Below, piece after piece: positions 8,352-17,925 of a stretch of DNA of 64,000 nucleotides. The notes beneath the pieces were generated by a model. That model was not told where the DNA came from. It worked only from the letters and a program-made list of their open reading frames with translations, and did not search any database. The stretch is taken from NCBI GenBank assembly GCA_017548075.1, contig JAFYNL010000034.1, forward strand, positions 24,191 to 88,190, in the 5' to 3' direction. Position numbers and translations under genes: made by a program. Source of the stretch: Bacteroidaceae bacterium. Lineage in GTDB: Bacteria; Bacteroidota; Bacteroidia; Bacteroidales; Bacteroidaceae. Within the stretch, counting starts at the first letter, position 1. The number at the start of each line of letters is the position of its first letter.

Positions 8352-9068
8352 ATGGAAGCTAACAAAACAGTAAACGAAGAGCTGAGAAATCAGAAATCGA
8401 CCAACATGCTGATTGGTTACGTTCTGGCGCTCGCTGCTATGTTCGTTGCCTTCGAGTACACTCAGCGCGAAGTGAAGGTGGTCGAAGAAGACAAGATTTA
8501 TGATTACAGAATGGAAGAGGACATGATTCCTATCACTCAACAACAAGAAGTGATGGCTCCTCCTCCAGCAGCCGCTCCTACAGTAATGGAGTTCATCAAC
8601 GAGGTTGAGGACGATACCGAAATCCCCGAAGAAGAAGTAGAGACCTCCGAGGAAATGAACCAGGCCATTACCGCAGTCGTTGGTACGGGTGCTCCTAGTG
8701 CAGCCGTTGTAACAGGCCCCGTTGGTCCTGTAGTGGAAGCCGACGACGATGACCGTATCTACGAAATGGTAGAGGAAAATGCACAGTTCCCAGGCGGTGA
8801 CGAAGCTTGCTTCAAGTGGCTGAGCGAACACATCAAGTATCCTAGCATTTGTCAGGAACAAGGTGTTCAAGGTCGTGTCATCGTGAACTTCGTGGTCAAC
8901 AAGGACGGTTCTATCGTTGATGTAAAGACCGTGCGTTCTCCGGACAACAACCTCACAAAAGAGGCAGAGCGCGTCGTGAAGATGATGCCTAAGTGGAAGC
9001 CCGCTCGTCAAGGTAACAAGACCGTGCGTTCACGCTTCACATTGCCCGTTATGTTCCGCTTGAACTAA
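8352..9068 (+). CDS. tonB: Energy transducer TonB
   Basis: N-terminal TM anchor, a Pro/Glu-rich spacer, and the C-terminal TonB domain AQFPGGDEACFKWLSEHIKYP...GVQGRVIVNFVVNKDGSIVDVKTVRS. The start was taken at MEANK; the ORF track begins at 8325. Confidence 0.8.
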   Translation: MEANKTVNEELRNQKSTNMLIGYVLALAAMFVAFEYTQREVKVVEEDKIYDYRMEEDMIPITQQQEVMAPPPAAAPTVMEFINEVEDDTEIPEEEVETSEEMNQAITAVVGTGAPSAAVVTGPVGPVVEADDDDRIYEMVEENAQFPGGDEACFKWLSEHIKYPSICQEQGVQGRVIVNFVVNKDGSIVDVKTVRSPDNNLTKEAERVVKMMPKWKPARQGNKTVRSRFTLPVMFRLN

Positions 9069-9094
9069 AACAACACTAATTACATACAGCTGAG

Positions 9095-9127
9095 AGGCTG
9101 TTCGCTTTTCGGCGGACAGCCTTTTTT
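9095..9127 (+). terminator. Rho-independent terminator
   Basis: 11-bp stem aggctgttcgc / gcggacagcct followed by tttttt. Confidence 0.7.
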
Positions 9128-9151
9128 CGTTTCCCTATATATAAATATATA

Positions 9152-10126
9152 ATGTATAGCAGCAAACAACTCTTGCAGATGGTGGAAGAAGCCATCACCG
9201 CCCTGCCCCTCGAACGTGAACCTCAAGGACTTTACGCTCCTATTCGATACGTGCTCTCGCTTGGTGGCAAACGCATCCGTCCCGTCCTCATGCTGATGGC
9301 TTACAATCTTTATCGCGATAATGTGAAGCCTTGCATCATGCCGGCAATCGGACTCGAGGTCTTCCACAACTTCACACTCCTGCACGACGACCTCATGGAC
9401 CGAGCAGAAATGCGGAGAGGCAAAACCTGCGTGCACCTGAAGTGGGACGACAATACCGCCATCCTTAGCGGCGACAACATGCTCGTAATGTCCTTCCATT
9501 ATATGATGCAATGCGAGGAAGCAAAGATGCCAGCCGTGATGCGTATCTTCACAAAGACTGCCACAGAGATTGATGAAGGTCAGCAGTACGACATCAACTT
9601 CGAGACAAGAAACGACGTCACCGAAGCCGAATACATTGAGATGATTCGACTCAAGACCTCTGTTCTTTTGGCTTGTGCCCTGCAGATTGGAGCCACTTTG
9701 GCTGGAGCTTCCGAACAAGATGCTCAAGCACTTTATCGTTATGGGGAATGTCTCGGACTTGCCTTCCAACTTCAAGACGATTACCTTGATGTTTATGGCG
9801 ATCCCGCAGTCTTCGGCAAGAAGATTGGTGGCGACATCCTCTGCGACAAGAAGACCTTCATGCTCATCAACGCTTTCCTCCATGCCTCTGCCGAGGACAA
9901 AGCCGAACTTCAAAAGTGGATTGGGAACAAGGATTGCAATCCCGACGAGAAGATAAAAGCCGTAACTGCGCTCTATACGAAGATTGGCGTTGACCGCATG
10001 GCAAAGGAACGCATGAACGCTTATTATACTGAAGCAAAAGCCTGCTTGGACAAAGTCAACCTGCCTGAAGAGCGCAAGCAAGTGCTTCGCGAGATTGCTC
10101 TCGAACTCATGGGACGTCAGAAATGA
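9152..10126 (+). CDS. Polyprenyl diphosphate synthase (trans-isoprenyl diphosphate synthase family)
   Basis: 324 aa. First and second Asp-rich motifs are LLHDDLMD and QLQDDYLD. Confidence 0.88.
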   Translation: MYSSKQLLQMVEEAITALPLEREPQGLYAPIRYVLSLGGKRIRPVLMLMAYNLYRDNVKPCIMPAIGLEVFHNFTLLHDDLMDRAEMRRGKTCVHLKWDDNTAILSGDNMLVMSFHYMMQCEEAKMPAVMRIFTKTATEIDEGQQYDINFETRNDVTEAEYIEMIRLKTSVLLACALQIGATLAGASEQDAQALYRYGECLGLAFQLQDDYLDVYGDPAVFGKKIGGDILCDKKTFMLINAFLHASAEDKAELQKWIGNKDCNPDEKIKAVTALYTKIGVDRMAKERMNAYYTEAKACLDKVNLPEERKQVLREIALELMGRQK

Positions 10127-10905
10127 TAGATACGCACAGTCATATCTACGAGCCCGTCTTCAGTGCCGACCGCGAAGAGGTCATCATGCGGGCAAAGCAG
10201 GCAGGAGTTGAATACATTCTCTTGCCCAACATCAACGCCGAAAGCATAGAGCAGATGCTCGATATGTGCCGCCGTAATCCTGGTTATTGTTTCCCCATGA
10301 TGGGCTTGCATCCCGAAGATATCGAGGAGAATTACAAGCAAGTCCTGGCCGACATGAAAACTCTGTTGGAAGTTCCCAATCATCCTTACATTGCAATTGG
10401 AGAAGTTGGGCTCGATTATTATTGGGACAAAACCAAAGTCAAAGAGCAGGAAGAAGTCTTTCGCACACAGATTGAATGGGCCATCGAATATCATTTGCCT
10501 CTCATGATTCACTCGCGCTCAGCACATCGCCAACTCGTTACAGCCATATCGGAATATAAGGACGAAGACCTTTCCGGCGTCTTTCATTGCTTTGGAGGCT
10601 CAAAGGAAGAGGCACAGGAGTTGCTTCAGTTCCCTAACTTCATGCTTGGCATCGGAGGCGTTGTCACTTACAAGAACAGCCATCTGGCAGAGACTCTGAC
10701 ATCGGTTCCTTTGGAGCGCATCGTGCTTGAAACAGACTCCCCCTACCTCACTCCAGTTCCCTATCGAGGCAAGCGAAACGAGAGCGCCTATGTGGTCGAA
10801 GTCCTGCGCAAAGTAGCACAAATATATAATGTAAGCGAGCAAGAGGCAGAAAGCATCACAAACTCCAACGCGAAGCGCATATTTCCGTGCCTGAACTCAC
10901 TATAA
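10123..10905 (+). CDS. TatD-family metal-dependent hydrolase/DNase
   Basis: 260 aa. MIDTHSHIY start, EVGLDYYW, MIHSR and ETDSPYL motifs. 4-nt overlap with the upstream gene. Confidence 0.9.
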   Translation: MIDTHSHIYEPVFSADREEVIMRAKQAGVEYILLPNINAESIEQMLDMCRRNPGYCFPMMGLHPEDIEENYKQVLADMKTLLEVPNHPYIAIGEVGLDYYWDKTKVKEQEEVFRTQIEWAIEYHLPLMIHSRSAHRQLVTAISEYKDEDLSGVFHCFGGSKEEAQELLQFPNFMLGIGGVVTYKNSHLAETLTSVPLERIVLETDSPYLTPVPYRGKRNESAYVVEVLRKVAQIYNVSEQEAESITNSNAKRIFPCLNSL

Positions 10906-10982
10906 GGCCTTCAAAACAACAAAAATCGCACATAAATCGAAACTTTTTAGGCAAAAGTCATGGTAATATAAGAAAAAATAGA

Positions 10983-10990
10983 TATTTTTG
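10983..10990 (+). promoter_or_regulatory. -7 promoter box (tatttttg) upstream of tRNA-Ser
   Basis: 48 nt upstream of the tRNA 5' end. Confidence 0.4.
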
Positions 10991-11038
10991 TAACCGAAAA
11001 GCGCGAAGTAAGATACAACTCATAGCAACGCGCTCCAG

Positions 11039-11126
11039 GGAGAGATGCTCGAGTGGCTGAAGAGGCACGCCTGGAAAGCGTGTGACCGGCAAAACTGGTT
11101 CGCGAGTTCGAATCTCGCTCTCTCCG
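11039..11126 (+). tRNA. tRNA-Ser (anticodon GGA)
   Basis: 88 nt folded by hand: acceptor GGAGAGA/TCTCTCC, anticodon arm CACGC-CTGGAAA-GCGTG, long variable arm, T-arm GCGAG-TTCGAAT-CTCGC. Confidence 0.92.
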
Positions 11127-11180
11127 CTAACAGAGAAAAAAGAAACATAACAAATCATAAACATTTAAACAAACAACACA

Positions 11181-12020
11181 ATGAAAAAGTTATTTGCAAT
11201 TATTGCAATGGTTGCTGCTTGCTCATTTGCTGCAACATCATCTGTAATGGCTCAGGAAGACGAAGCAACTGCTGAAGAAGTGGTAGAAGCTGCTGTTGAC
11301 TCCGCTGCTGTAGACTCCGCTGCTGTAGAAGAAGCTGTAGAAGCTGCTCCCATCGTAGAGGAAGAGAACGAAGGTGTATTCAAGAACCTCAAGACAAAGT
11401 TTATTGAAGGTGGCGCAGGCTTCATGTCTCTCGTTGCCATCGCCCTCGTACTGGGTCTCGCATTCTGCATCGAGCGCGTTGTTTACCTGACTCTCGCTCA
11501 GATCAACACCCGCAAGTTCACTAAGGAGCTCGCAGACCTCGTTGCTCAAGGCAAGATTGCTGATGCTATCGAGAAGTGTAAGAACACTCGCGGTCCTGTA
11601 GCTCAGGTAAGCCGCAAGGCAATGGAATGCCTCGACAGTAACGACCGTAACGACATCGCCACCATCGAGCGCACCATCAACATGGAAGCAGAAGTTCAGG
11701 GTTCATACCTCGAGGAGAACTGCTCTTGGATCACCCTCTTCATTGCAATGGCACCGTCTCTCGGTTTCTTGGGAACTGTGATCGGTATGGTGATGGCCTT
11801 CGACGACATCCAGCGTGCAGGTGATATCAGCCCCACAGTCGTTGCAGGCGGTATGAAGGTCGCCCTTATCACAACCATCTTCGGTATTATCGTTGCTCTG
11901 GTTCTGCAGGTATTCTACAACTACATCCTCGCCAAGATTGAGTCTTTGACCGGCAATATGGAAGAGGCCGCTCAGGAACTGCTCGTAATGTGCGTCAAGA
12001 GCGACAAGTGCAAGAAGTAA
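11181..12020 (+). CDS. exbB: MotA/TolQ/ExbB proton-channel family protein
   Basis: 279 aa. Signal-like N-terminus with an Ala/Glu/Val-rich repeat, then the conserved C-terminal ExbB core (APSLGFLGTVIGMVMAF). Confidence 0.85.
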   Translation: MKKLFAIIAMVAACSFAATSSVMAQEDEATAEEVVEAAVDSAAVDSAAVEEAVEAAPIVEEENEGVFKNLKTKFIEGGAGFMSLVAIALVLGLAFCIERVVYLTLAQINTRKFTKELADLVAQGKIADAIEKCKNTRGPVAQVSRKAMECLDSNDRNDIATIERTINMEAEVQGSYLEENCSWITLFIAMAPSLGFLGTVIGMVMAFDDIQRAGDISPTVVAGGMKVALITTIFGIIVALVLQVFYNYILAKIESLTGNMEEAAQELLVMCVKSDKCKK

Positions 12021-12023
12021 TAC

Positions 12024-12079
12024 AGATTAGAGATTAGGGATTAACTATCTTTCTTAACTCTTAATTCTTAACTCTTAAT
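12024..12079. repeat. Two adjacent heptamer blocks (agattag agattag ggattaa; ctatctt tcttaac tcttaat tcttaac tcttaat)
   Basis: Read directly in the exbB downstream spacer. Confidence 0.75.
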
Positions 12080-12091
12080 AAAAGTAGAACT

Positions 12092-12577
12092 ATGAAGATT
12101 GAGAAAATATCAAATCGCGTGCTGTTAGCCTGCGTCGCGCTGATTGTAGTATGCTTCGCCGCATTCTTCTGCATTGGCTACGACAATCCAGTAGGCGACA
12201 ACAACGAGCCCAAGCTTACCAACATCATCATGTGGCTCATGTACGCGCTCATTTTGGTAACGGCTGGACTCGTAGTCTGGTCAGCAATCCGCGGTATGCA
12301 GAACTCGAAGGGCGTTGACCCCGCTGCCATTACTGGCGTTCCCGCTGGCAAGATTACTCTGTTCACAGCTGGTCTGACCATCGTATCCCTCATCCTCGGT
12401 TGGATTTGTGGAATCGGTGAGAAAGAGTTCACCGCTAGCGACGGCACCGTAACCAGCGCAGGTTGGGTTACAGTAGTCGATGTGTTCATGGTTAGCATGG
12501 GCATCCTGCTCGTAGCTGCTGCCATTGCAGTTGCCGTTAGCATGACCGGCATTTTCACCAAGAGTGCAAGTAAGTAA
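12092..12577 (+). CDS. Hypothetical 4-TM membrane protein embedded in the exbB-exbD operon
   Basis: 161 aa hydrophobic ORF in operon context. No recognisable motif. Confidence 0.6.
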   Translation: MKIEKISNRVLLACVALIVVCFAAFFCIGYDNPVGDNNEPKLTNIIMWLMYALILVTAGLVVWSAIRGMQNSKGVDPAAITGVPAGKITLFTAGLTIVSLILGWICGIGEKEFTASDGTVTSAGWVTVVDVFMVSMGILLVAAAIAVAVSMTGIFTKSASK

Positions 12578-12600
12578 ACCGACCTAAAACGAGAAAAGAT

Positions 12601-13203
12601 ATGGCAAAGACAAAAAAGAAGATGCCGGGTTTGAACACCACTTCAACCGCCGATATCTCTTTCATGTTGCTCATCTTCTTCCTGGTCACCACATCAATGG
12701 ACACCGACATGGGTCTGGCTCGCCGCCTGCCCAAGCCACCAGATCCAGATCAGGAAGATGCCACGATGGACATCAAGAAGCGTAACATTCTCTATGTCCG
12801 CCTCAACTTCAACGGACAACTGTGGCTCGAGGACGAAACAAACAGAGGCTATGCTGAAATAAGCGAGCTCCGTCCCCGCGTCAAAGAGTTCGTCAAGAAC
12901 GAGCAGAACCTGAGCGTGTTGCCAGAAAAGCACGTTAAGAACATCGACCTCCTCGGTCAGTGCTTCGTAACGGACAAGCATGTCATCAGCGTTCAGACCG
13001 ACCGCGCCACGCCCTATAATGCATACTTCCAAGTGCAGAACGAACTCGTGGCAGCCTACAACGAGCTCCGTAACGAGCTCTCCAAGGAAAAGTTCGGTCG
13101 TGAGTTCCAATACCTCAAGGACGAAGAGAAATTGGCTATCAAGCAATACTATCCCCAGAACATCTCTGAGGCAGAACCTAAAAAGTATGGAGGAGACCAA
13201 TAA
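12601..13203 (+). CDS. exbD: ExbD/TolR biopolymer transport protein
   Basis: 200 aa. N-terminal TSTADISFMLLIFFLVT anchor typical of ExbD. Confidence 0.82.
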   Translation: MAKTKKKMPGLNTTSTADISFMLLIFFLVTTSMDTDMGLARRLPKPPDPDQEDATMDIKKRNILYVRLNFNGQLWLEDETNRGYAEISELRPRVKEFVKNEQNLSVLPEKHVKNIDLLGQCFVTDKHVISVQTDRATPYNAYFQVQNELVAAYNELRNELSKEKFGREFQYLKDEEKLAIKQYYPQNISEAEPKKYGGDQ

Positions 13204-13661
13204 TGGCAGGATTCAAAAAGAAAGAAAAACGTGGTATGCCGGAGATGAACACCTCATCTCTGCCCGACCTTATCTTCACCATCCTATTCTTCTTCATGAT
13301 GGTAACCACCATGCGTGAGGTGACCTTGAAGGTTAAGTTCACCATCCCCGCAGGTACTGAACTCGAGAAACTGGAGAAGAAGTCAGTGGTATCGTTCATC
13401 TACGTAGGTCCCCCAACCGATCAGCTGCGCGCTCAGATGGGTAGCGGCACCCGCATTCAGCTCAACGACCGCTATGCAGAAGCTCGCGAAGTCATGGACT
13501 TCATCGCAGCAGAGCGTCAGGGCATGACCAATCAGGCAGAGCAGATCATCAGCATCAAGGCCGACCAGCACACGCAGATGGGTTACATCACCGACATCAA
13601 GGAAGTCCTACGTAAATCGTGGGCGCTGCGTATCAACTACTCAGCAACCCGAAGAAACTAA
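13203..13661 (+). CDS. exbD: ExbD/TolR biopolymer transport protein (second copy)
   Basis: 152 aa. MNTSSLPDLIFTILFFFM anchor. Its start overlaps the previous stop by 1 nt. Confidence 0.82.
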   Translation: MAGFKKKEKRGMPEMNTSSLPDLIFTILFFFMMVTTMREVTLKVKFTIPAGTELEKLEKKSVVSFIYVGPPTDQLRAQMGSGTRIQLNDRYAEAREVMDFIAAERQGMTNQAEQIISIKADQHTQMGYITDIKEVLRKSWALRINYSATRRN

Positions 13662-13689
13662 TATCGGCCAGCCCGATCCAACGCTAAGA

Positions 13690-13724
13690 AAGCGGTTCTC
13701 TCACACCCGAGGGAGCCGCTTTTT
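13690..13724 (+). terminator. Rho-independent terminator
   Basis: Stem aagcggttctc / gagggagccgctt followed by tttt. Confidence 0.65.
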
Positions 13725-13767
13725 ATGTTACAACAGGACACATCTTCCAACTAGGCTCAGTTAAAAT

Positions 13768-13855
13768 GCAAACGTAACACGTTATGATTGCAAACGTAAC
13801 ACGTTAAGTTTGCCAACGTAACACGTTAAGTTTGGAAACTTCACAGGCGATGTTT
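13768..13855. repeat. Array of ~4 tandem 22-bp units (gcaaacgtaacacgttaagttt, forward orientation)
   Basis: gcaaacgtaacacgttatgatt / gcaaacgtaacacgttaagttt / gccaacgtaacacgttaagttt / ggaaacttcacaggcgatgttt (decaying). Confidence 0.9.
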
Positions 13856-13966
13856 ACAAACGCGACTGCAAGCCCCATTCAATTCCTCAAATGTAAAATC
13901 TTCATAAATCTGCATCTTTTTGTCGTAAATAAGTGTTAGACTATTTGCTATTTCAAGAAAAATTCG

Positions 13967-13974
13967 TAGCTTTG
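13967..13974 (+). promoter_or_regulatory. -7 promoter box (tagctttg) for the first cluster operon
   Basis: 44 nt upstream of the ATG at 14019. Confidence 0.5.
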
Positions 13975-14018
13975 CAAATTAAGAATAAAAGGATAGGAAT
14001 TATAATTCAGCAAACGAC

Positions 14019-15122
14019 ATGAATCTTTTCCCTGACTTAAAGCGGAGATACACTTCCGAACAACTCTCTGCACGCGAGGCTCAGCGGCAGGCAGAGTTCA
14101 TTGCATGGGGACCAATCGTGTTCCAAGTCTCAAGGCTGATGCTCAAATTCGGCATCCTCGAATTGCTAAGAGACAGTAGCGACGGACTCACAGAAACTGA
14201 GGTTGTAGAGAAGACTGGGCTCTCCCAGTATGCCGTGAAGTGTTTGCTCGAGGCTTCGCTCAGCATCGGTACTGTGCTCATCAACACTGAGACCGACCGT
14301 TACACCATTTCCAAGACGGGATGGTTCCTACTGAACGACCCTGCGACAAAGGTGAACATCGACTTCAATCACGATGTCAACTACCTCGGATGGTTCAACC
14401 TCGAGGAAGCGTTAAAGGAAGGTCGACCTGCAGGATTGAAGCATTTTGGCGGCTGGACAACAATTTACGAGGGACTTTCCAGCCTTCCTAAACAAGTGCA
14501 GGACAGTTGGTTCGGCTTCGACCACTTCTATAGCGACTCCTCTTTCCCTGAGGCTCTGCGGATTGTCTTTGCCGAGCACTTTGTCCGCTCGCTTTATGAT
14601 GTGGGCGGGAATACAGGCAAGTGGGCACTCAAGTGTGTAGAGTACGACCAAGATGTGGAAGTAACCGTCCTCGACCTTCCGCAGCAGATTGAGACGATGC
14701 AGAAGAACATCGCAGGAAAGCAAGGAGAAAAACGCATCAAAGGCTACGGCATCAACTTGCTCGACAAAGAGGCTCATTTCCCAAAGAGAGAAGGTGGGCT
14801 CGATGCCATCTGGATGTCGCAGTTCCTCGATTGCTTCAGCCCTGAAGAGATTGTCAGCATCCTGAATCGTGCAAAAGAAGTGATGACAAGCGACACACGA
14901 CTCTTCATCATGGAAACCTTCTGGGACCGTCAGCGCTTTGAACCTGCAGCCCTATGTCTTACGATGACAAGCCTCTACTTCACGGCACTTGCCAACGGAA
15001 ACAGCAAGATGTACCATTCCGATGATATGAGGCAGTTTGTTCTGCAATCGGGACTGGAGATAGAAGCCATCTACGACGGTTTAGGGCAAGGACATAGCAT
15101 CATGGTTTGCAAACTGAAATAA
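14019..15122 (+). CDS. Class I SAM-dependent O-methyltransferase (COMT/Methyltransf_2 type with an N-terminal winged-helix dimerisation domain)
   Basis: 367 aa with SAM motif I LYDVGGNTGKWA. Architecture matches the methyltransferases of aryl-polyene/type II PKS clusters. Confidence 0.8.
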   Translation: MNLFPDLKRRYTSEQLSAREAQRQAEFIAWGPIVFQVSRLMLKFGILELLRDSSDGLTETEVVEKTGLSQYAVKCLLEASLSIGTVLINTETDRYTISKTGWFLLNDPATKVNIDFNHDVNYLGWFNLEEALKEGRPAGLKHFGGWTTIYEGLSSLPKQVQDSWFGFDHFYSDSSFPEALRIVFAEHFVRSLYDVGGNTGKWALKCVEYDQDVEVTVLDLPQQIETMQKNIAGKQGEKRIKGYGINLLDKEAHFPKREGGLDAIWMSQFLDCFSPEEIVSILNRAKEVMTSDTRLFIMETFWDRQRFEPAALCLTMTSLYFTALANGNSKMYHSDDMRQFVLQSGLEIEAIYDGLGQGHSIMVCKLK

Positions 15123-15133
15123 AGCGAGTTGAG

Positions 15134-16021
15134 ATGGCAGAACAGAATTGGGCAGGAACAACATACGGCAACAATTGGATGCACAAGTGGCTCATCCGTT
15201 TGCTTCGCTTCATCGACACACGGATTTTGTACCTCTTTGTCGCCATCTTCATCATTCCTGTCTGCCTGATTCTGAACCCAAGCCGAGGCATTGCCTATCG
15301 TTTCTTCCGCAAACGCATGGGGTATGGTAGGCTGAAATCTGCTTGGAAGACCTATGTCAATCATTGCCTCTTCGGTCAAGTTGTTGTGGATAAGTTCGCA
15401 ATGTATGCAGGCAAAAAGTTCAAAGTGGAGATTGAAGGCTACGAAAACTTTGCTCGTCTTGCAGCCAAGAAAGAGGGCTTCGTACAACTGAGCGCACACA
15501 TCGGCAACTACGAGATTGCAGGCTATACACTCGTTTGCGAGAATAAGCGAATAAATGCACTTGTTTATGCTGGCGAAAAGGAATCCGTAATGAGGAATCG
15601 CGACAAGATGTTTGCCGACACGAATATCAGCATGATTGCCATCAACCCAGATATGAGCCATCTCTTCGAGATAGACAAAGCGCTGGAAGAAGGCGAGATT
15701 GTGAGTATGCCTGCTGACCGCATCAGTGGTTCGCCCAAGTTTATTGAGCATGATTTTCTCGGAGCAAAGGCAAGGTTCCCGCTTGGTCCTTTCTCTGTCG
15801 CCACAATACGAAGCCTAGATGCCCTCGCTATAAATGTCATGAAGACCTCACTTACGAGCTATAAGATATATGTTACTCCCCTGCCCTACGACAAGACGAC
15901 TTCGCGTCAGGAACAGATAAAGCAACTTTCTGGGGCATATGTTGCTGAACTTGAAAAGCGAGTTCGGCAATATCCGACACAATGGTATAACTACTTTGAG
16001 TTTTGGAACGAGAATGATTAG
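15134..16021 (+). CDS. LpxL/HtrB-like lysophospholipid (lipid A-type) acyltransferase
   Basis: N-terminal TM helix and an HX4E catalytic motif (SAHIGNYE). The start was taken at MAEQNW; the ORF track begins at 15107. 8-nt overlap with the next gene. Confidence 0.75.
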   Translation: MAEQNWAGTTYGNNWMHKWLIRLLRFIDTRILYLFVAIFIIPVCLILNPSRGIAYRFFRKRMGYGRLKSAWKTYVNHCLFGQVVVDKFAMYAGKKFKVEIEGYENFARLAAKKEGFVQLSAHIGNYEIAGYTLVCENKRINALVYAGEKESVMRNRDKMFADTNISMIAINPDMSHLFEIDKALEEGEIVSMPADRISGSPKFIEHDFLGAKARFPLGPFSVATIRSLDALAINVMKTSLTSYKIYVTPLPYDKTTSRQEQIKQLSGAYVAELEKRVRQYPTQWYNYFEFWNEND

Positions 16022-17654
16022 CGTTTTATCCACCAACATAACCTCGCCTCTTGGCTTCACTACAGAACAGAATTATCAGGCTGTCCTGACAGGAACCTCT
16101 GCTCTGAAGCATTACGAAGGCATGTGGGGACTGCCCGAACCTTTCGCGGCTTCCCTTTTTAGCGAGGAGCAGAAAGCGGCTCTAGCCCTTGATGGATTTA
16201 CGCGTTTTGAGTCTCTTGCCATTCGTTCTGTCCAAGAAGCACTCTCCCATATTCAATTGGATGTTGCTTCGTCGAGAGTCGTTCTCATTCTGAGTACCAC
16301 AAAAGGAAACGTTGAATCGCTCGATAACCCTGATCAAGAGGGACACTATTTCCCATCAAAAGCCGCACAAACTATAGCGAAAGCTCTTGGGATAAGCACG
16401 ATGCCTATTGTGGTTTGCAACGCTTGCGTTTCTGGTCTATCTGCCCAACTGCTTGCCAACAACTTGCTTTCTGCAGGCCTTTATGACTATGCAATTGTGA
16501 TAGGAGCTGAAGTACAGAGCAAGTTCATCGTTTCAGGTTTCCAATCGCTCAAAGCCGTTTCTGATGAGCCTTGCCGTCCCTTCGACATAGAACGCATAGG
16601 TCTTAACTTGGGAGAAGCAGCTGCAACCATCATCTTCGCAAAGACTTCTTCCAAAGAAAGCTGGTGTCTTGTGGATGGAGCCACCTGTAATGATGCTTTC
16701 CACAACATTTCTCCCTCGCCAAAAGCAGACGGTTGCACAAAGGCCATCGAAGCAGTAATGAGGGATAGGGACAAGTCAAAACTCGCAACAATCTGCGTTC
16801 ACGGAACTGCAACTCTGTATAACGACCAGATGGAATCTGTGGCTATTCAGAAGGCGGGACTCTCGGACATTCCTCTCTCGGCACTCAAAGGATATTACGG
16901 ACACACAATGGGAGCAGCCGGAGTGCTTGAAACAATATTGACTATGCGAGCCACAGACGATGGAGTTGTCCTTGGTTCGAAAGGCTTTACAGAGGTTGGT
17001 GTTAGCGGAAAGATCTGCATCAGTAATGAGATTCTGCAAACAAACAAGACATCTTTCCTGAAACTTCTCTCAGGTTTTGGCGGAAGCAATGTGGCGGCAC
17101 TCTTTTCAAAGACAACGGACAACAGACAATTGACAACTGACAAGAAACTCCACAAAGCTCACACAATCAGGTTATCTTCTGAGGAAGGAAAAACTTTGAC
17201 AGACATTTACAAGCAACAAATCGGGGATTATCCCAAGTTCTACAAGATGGATATCCTGACTCGCTTGGCTTTCGTGGCTTCCGAACTCCTGATAAAAGAC
17301 ATGGGAGAAACGCAAGAAGAGCCTGCTATCATTCTCTTCAACCACTCCTCCTCGATTGTAGCTGACAGCCAATTCTTGAGGACAATCTGTGATGCGGAAG
17401 ACTTCTTCCCCAGCCCTTCTGTCTTCGTTTACACATTACCTAATATAACTACAGGCGAGATTGCCATTCGTCTTCACTTCCAAGGCGAGACCTCATTCTA
17501 CATTCTTCCTGAGAAAGACGAGGCCTTGATGCAACAAATACTTGAGGCGACTCTGAACGCGACAAACGCCAAAAGTGCCATTAGCGGCTGGATTGATGCC
17601 GAATCTGACACTAAATTCGAGTGCGAAATATCAAATTACATCATACAAGACTAA
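16014..17654 (+). CDS. Beta-ketoacyl synthase (Cys-His-His) fused to a C-terminal CLF-like half-domain
   Basis: Active-site NACVSG, VHGTATLYND and YGHTMGAAG motifs. After GFGGSNVAALF comes a TTDNRQLTTDKK linker, then a roughly 165-aa domain with FPSPSVFVYTLPNITTGEIAI (Ketoacyl-synt_2-like). Start taken at MISVLS. Confidence 0.82.
   Translation: MISVLSTNITSPLGFTTEQNYQAVLTGTSALKHYEGMWGLPEPFAASLFSEEQKAALALDGFTRFESLAIRSVQEALSHIQLDVASSRVVLILSTTKGNVESLDNPDQEGHYFPSKAAQTIAKALGISTMPIVVCNACVSGLSAQLLANNLLSAGLYDYAIVIGAEVQSKFIVSGFQSLKAVSDEPCRPFDIERIGLNLGEAAATIIFAKTSSKESWCLVDGATCNDAFHNISPSPKADGCTKAIEAVMRDRDKSKLATICVHGTATLYNDQMESVAIQKAGLSDIPLSALKGYYGHTMGAAGVLETILTMRATDDGVVLGSKGFTEVGVSGKICISNEILQTNKTSFLKLLSGFGGSNVAALFSKTTDNRQLTTDKKLHKAHTIRLSSEEGKTLTDIYKQQIGDYPKFYKMDILTRLAFVASELLIKDMGETQEEPAIILFNHSSSIVADSQFLRTICDAEDFFPSPSVFVYTLPNITTGEIAIRLHFQGETSFYILPEKDEALMQQILEATLNATNAKSAISGWIDAESDTKFECEISNYIIQD
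17111..17145. repeat. Heptamer block (gacaacg gacaaca gacaatt gacaact gacaaga) inside the KS gene
   Basis: Read directly; encodes the TTDNRQLTTDK linker. Confidence 0.85.
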
Positions 17655-17656
17655 AT

Positions 17657-17917
17657 ATGGAACAGTTAATCAACGACTTGAAATTACAAATCAAAGAAGC
17701 CCTCAACCTCGAGGAACTATCGTTAGAAGACTTCGACGAAAACGCACCTCTCTTCGGAGAAGAAGGCATCGGCCTCGATTCTATCGACATTCTCGAGATA
17801 ATCGTACTGCTTGAGAAGAACTACGGCATTCGCCTTGCTAACCCGAAAGAAGGGAAAGCTATCTTCCAAAGCGTAAAGACAATTGCTGAATACGTTCAGG
17901 CAAACCGCAAGAAGTAA
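17657..17917 (+). CDS. Acyl carrier protein
   Basis: 86 aa with the phosphopantetheine site GLDSIDILE. Start taken at MEQLIN. Confidence 0.88.
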   Translation: MEQLINDLKLQIKEALNLEELSLEDFDENAPLFGEEGIGLDSIDILEIIVLLEKNYGIRLANPKEGKAIFQSVKTIAEYVQANRKK

Positions 17918-17925
17918 AGGAGAAA

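Noticed and set aside
10958-11275. ORFs 10958..11164 (-) and 11045..11275 (+)
   Set aside because: They overlap tRNA-Ser(GGA) and the exbB start and have no coding support.
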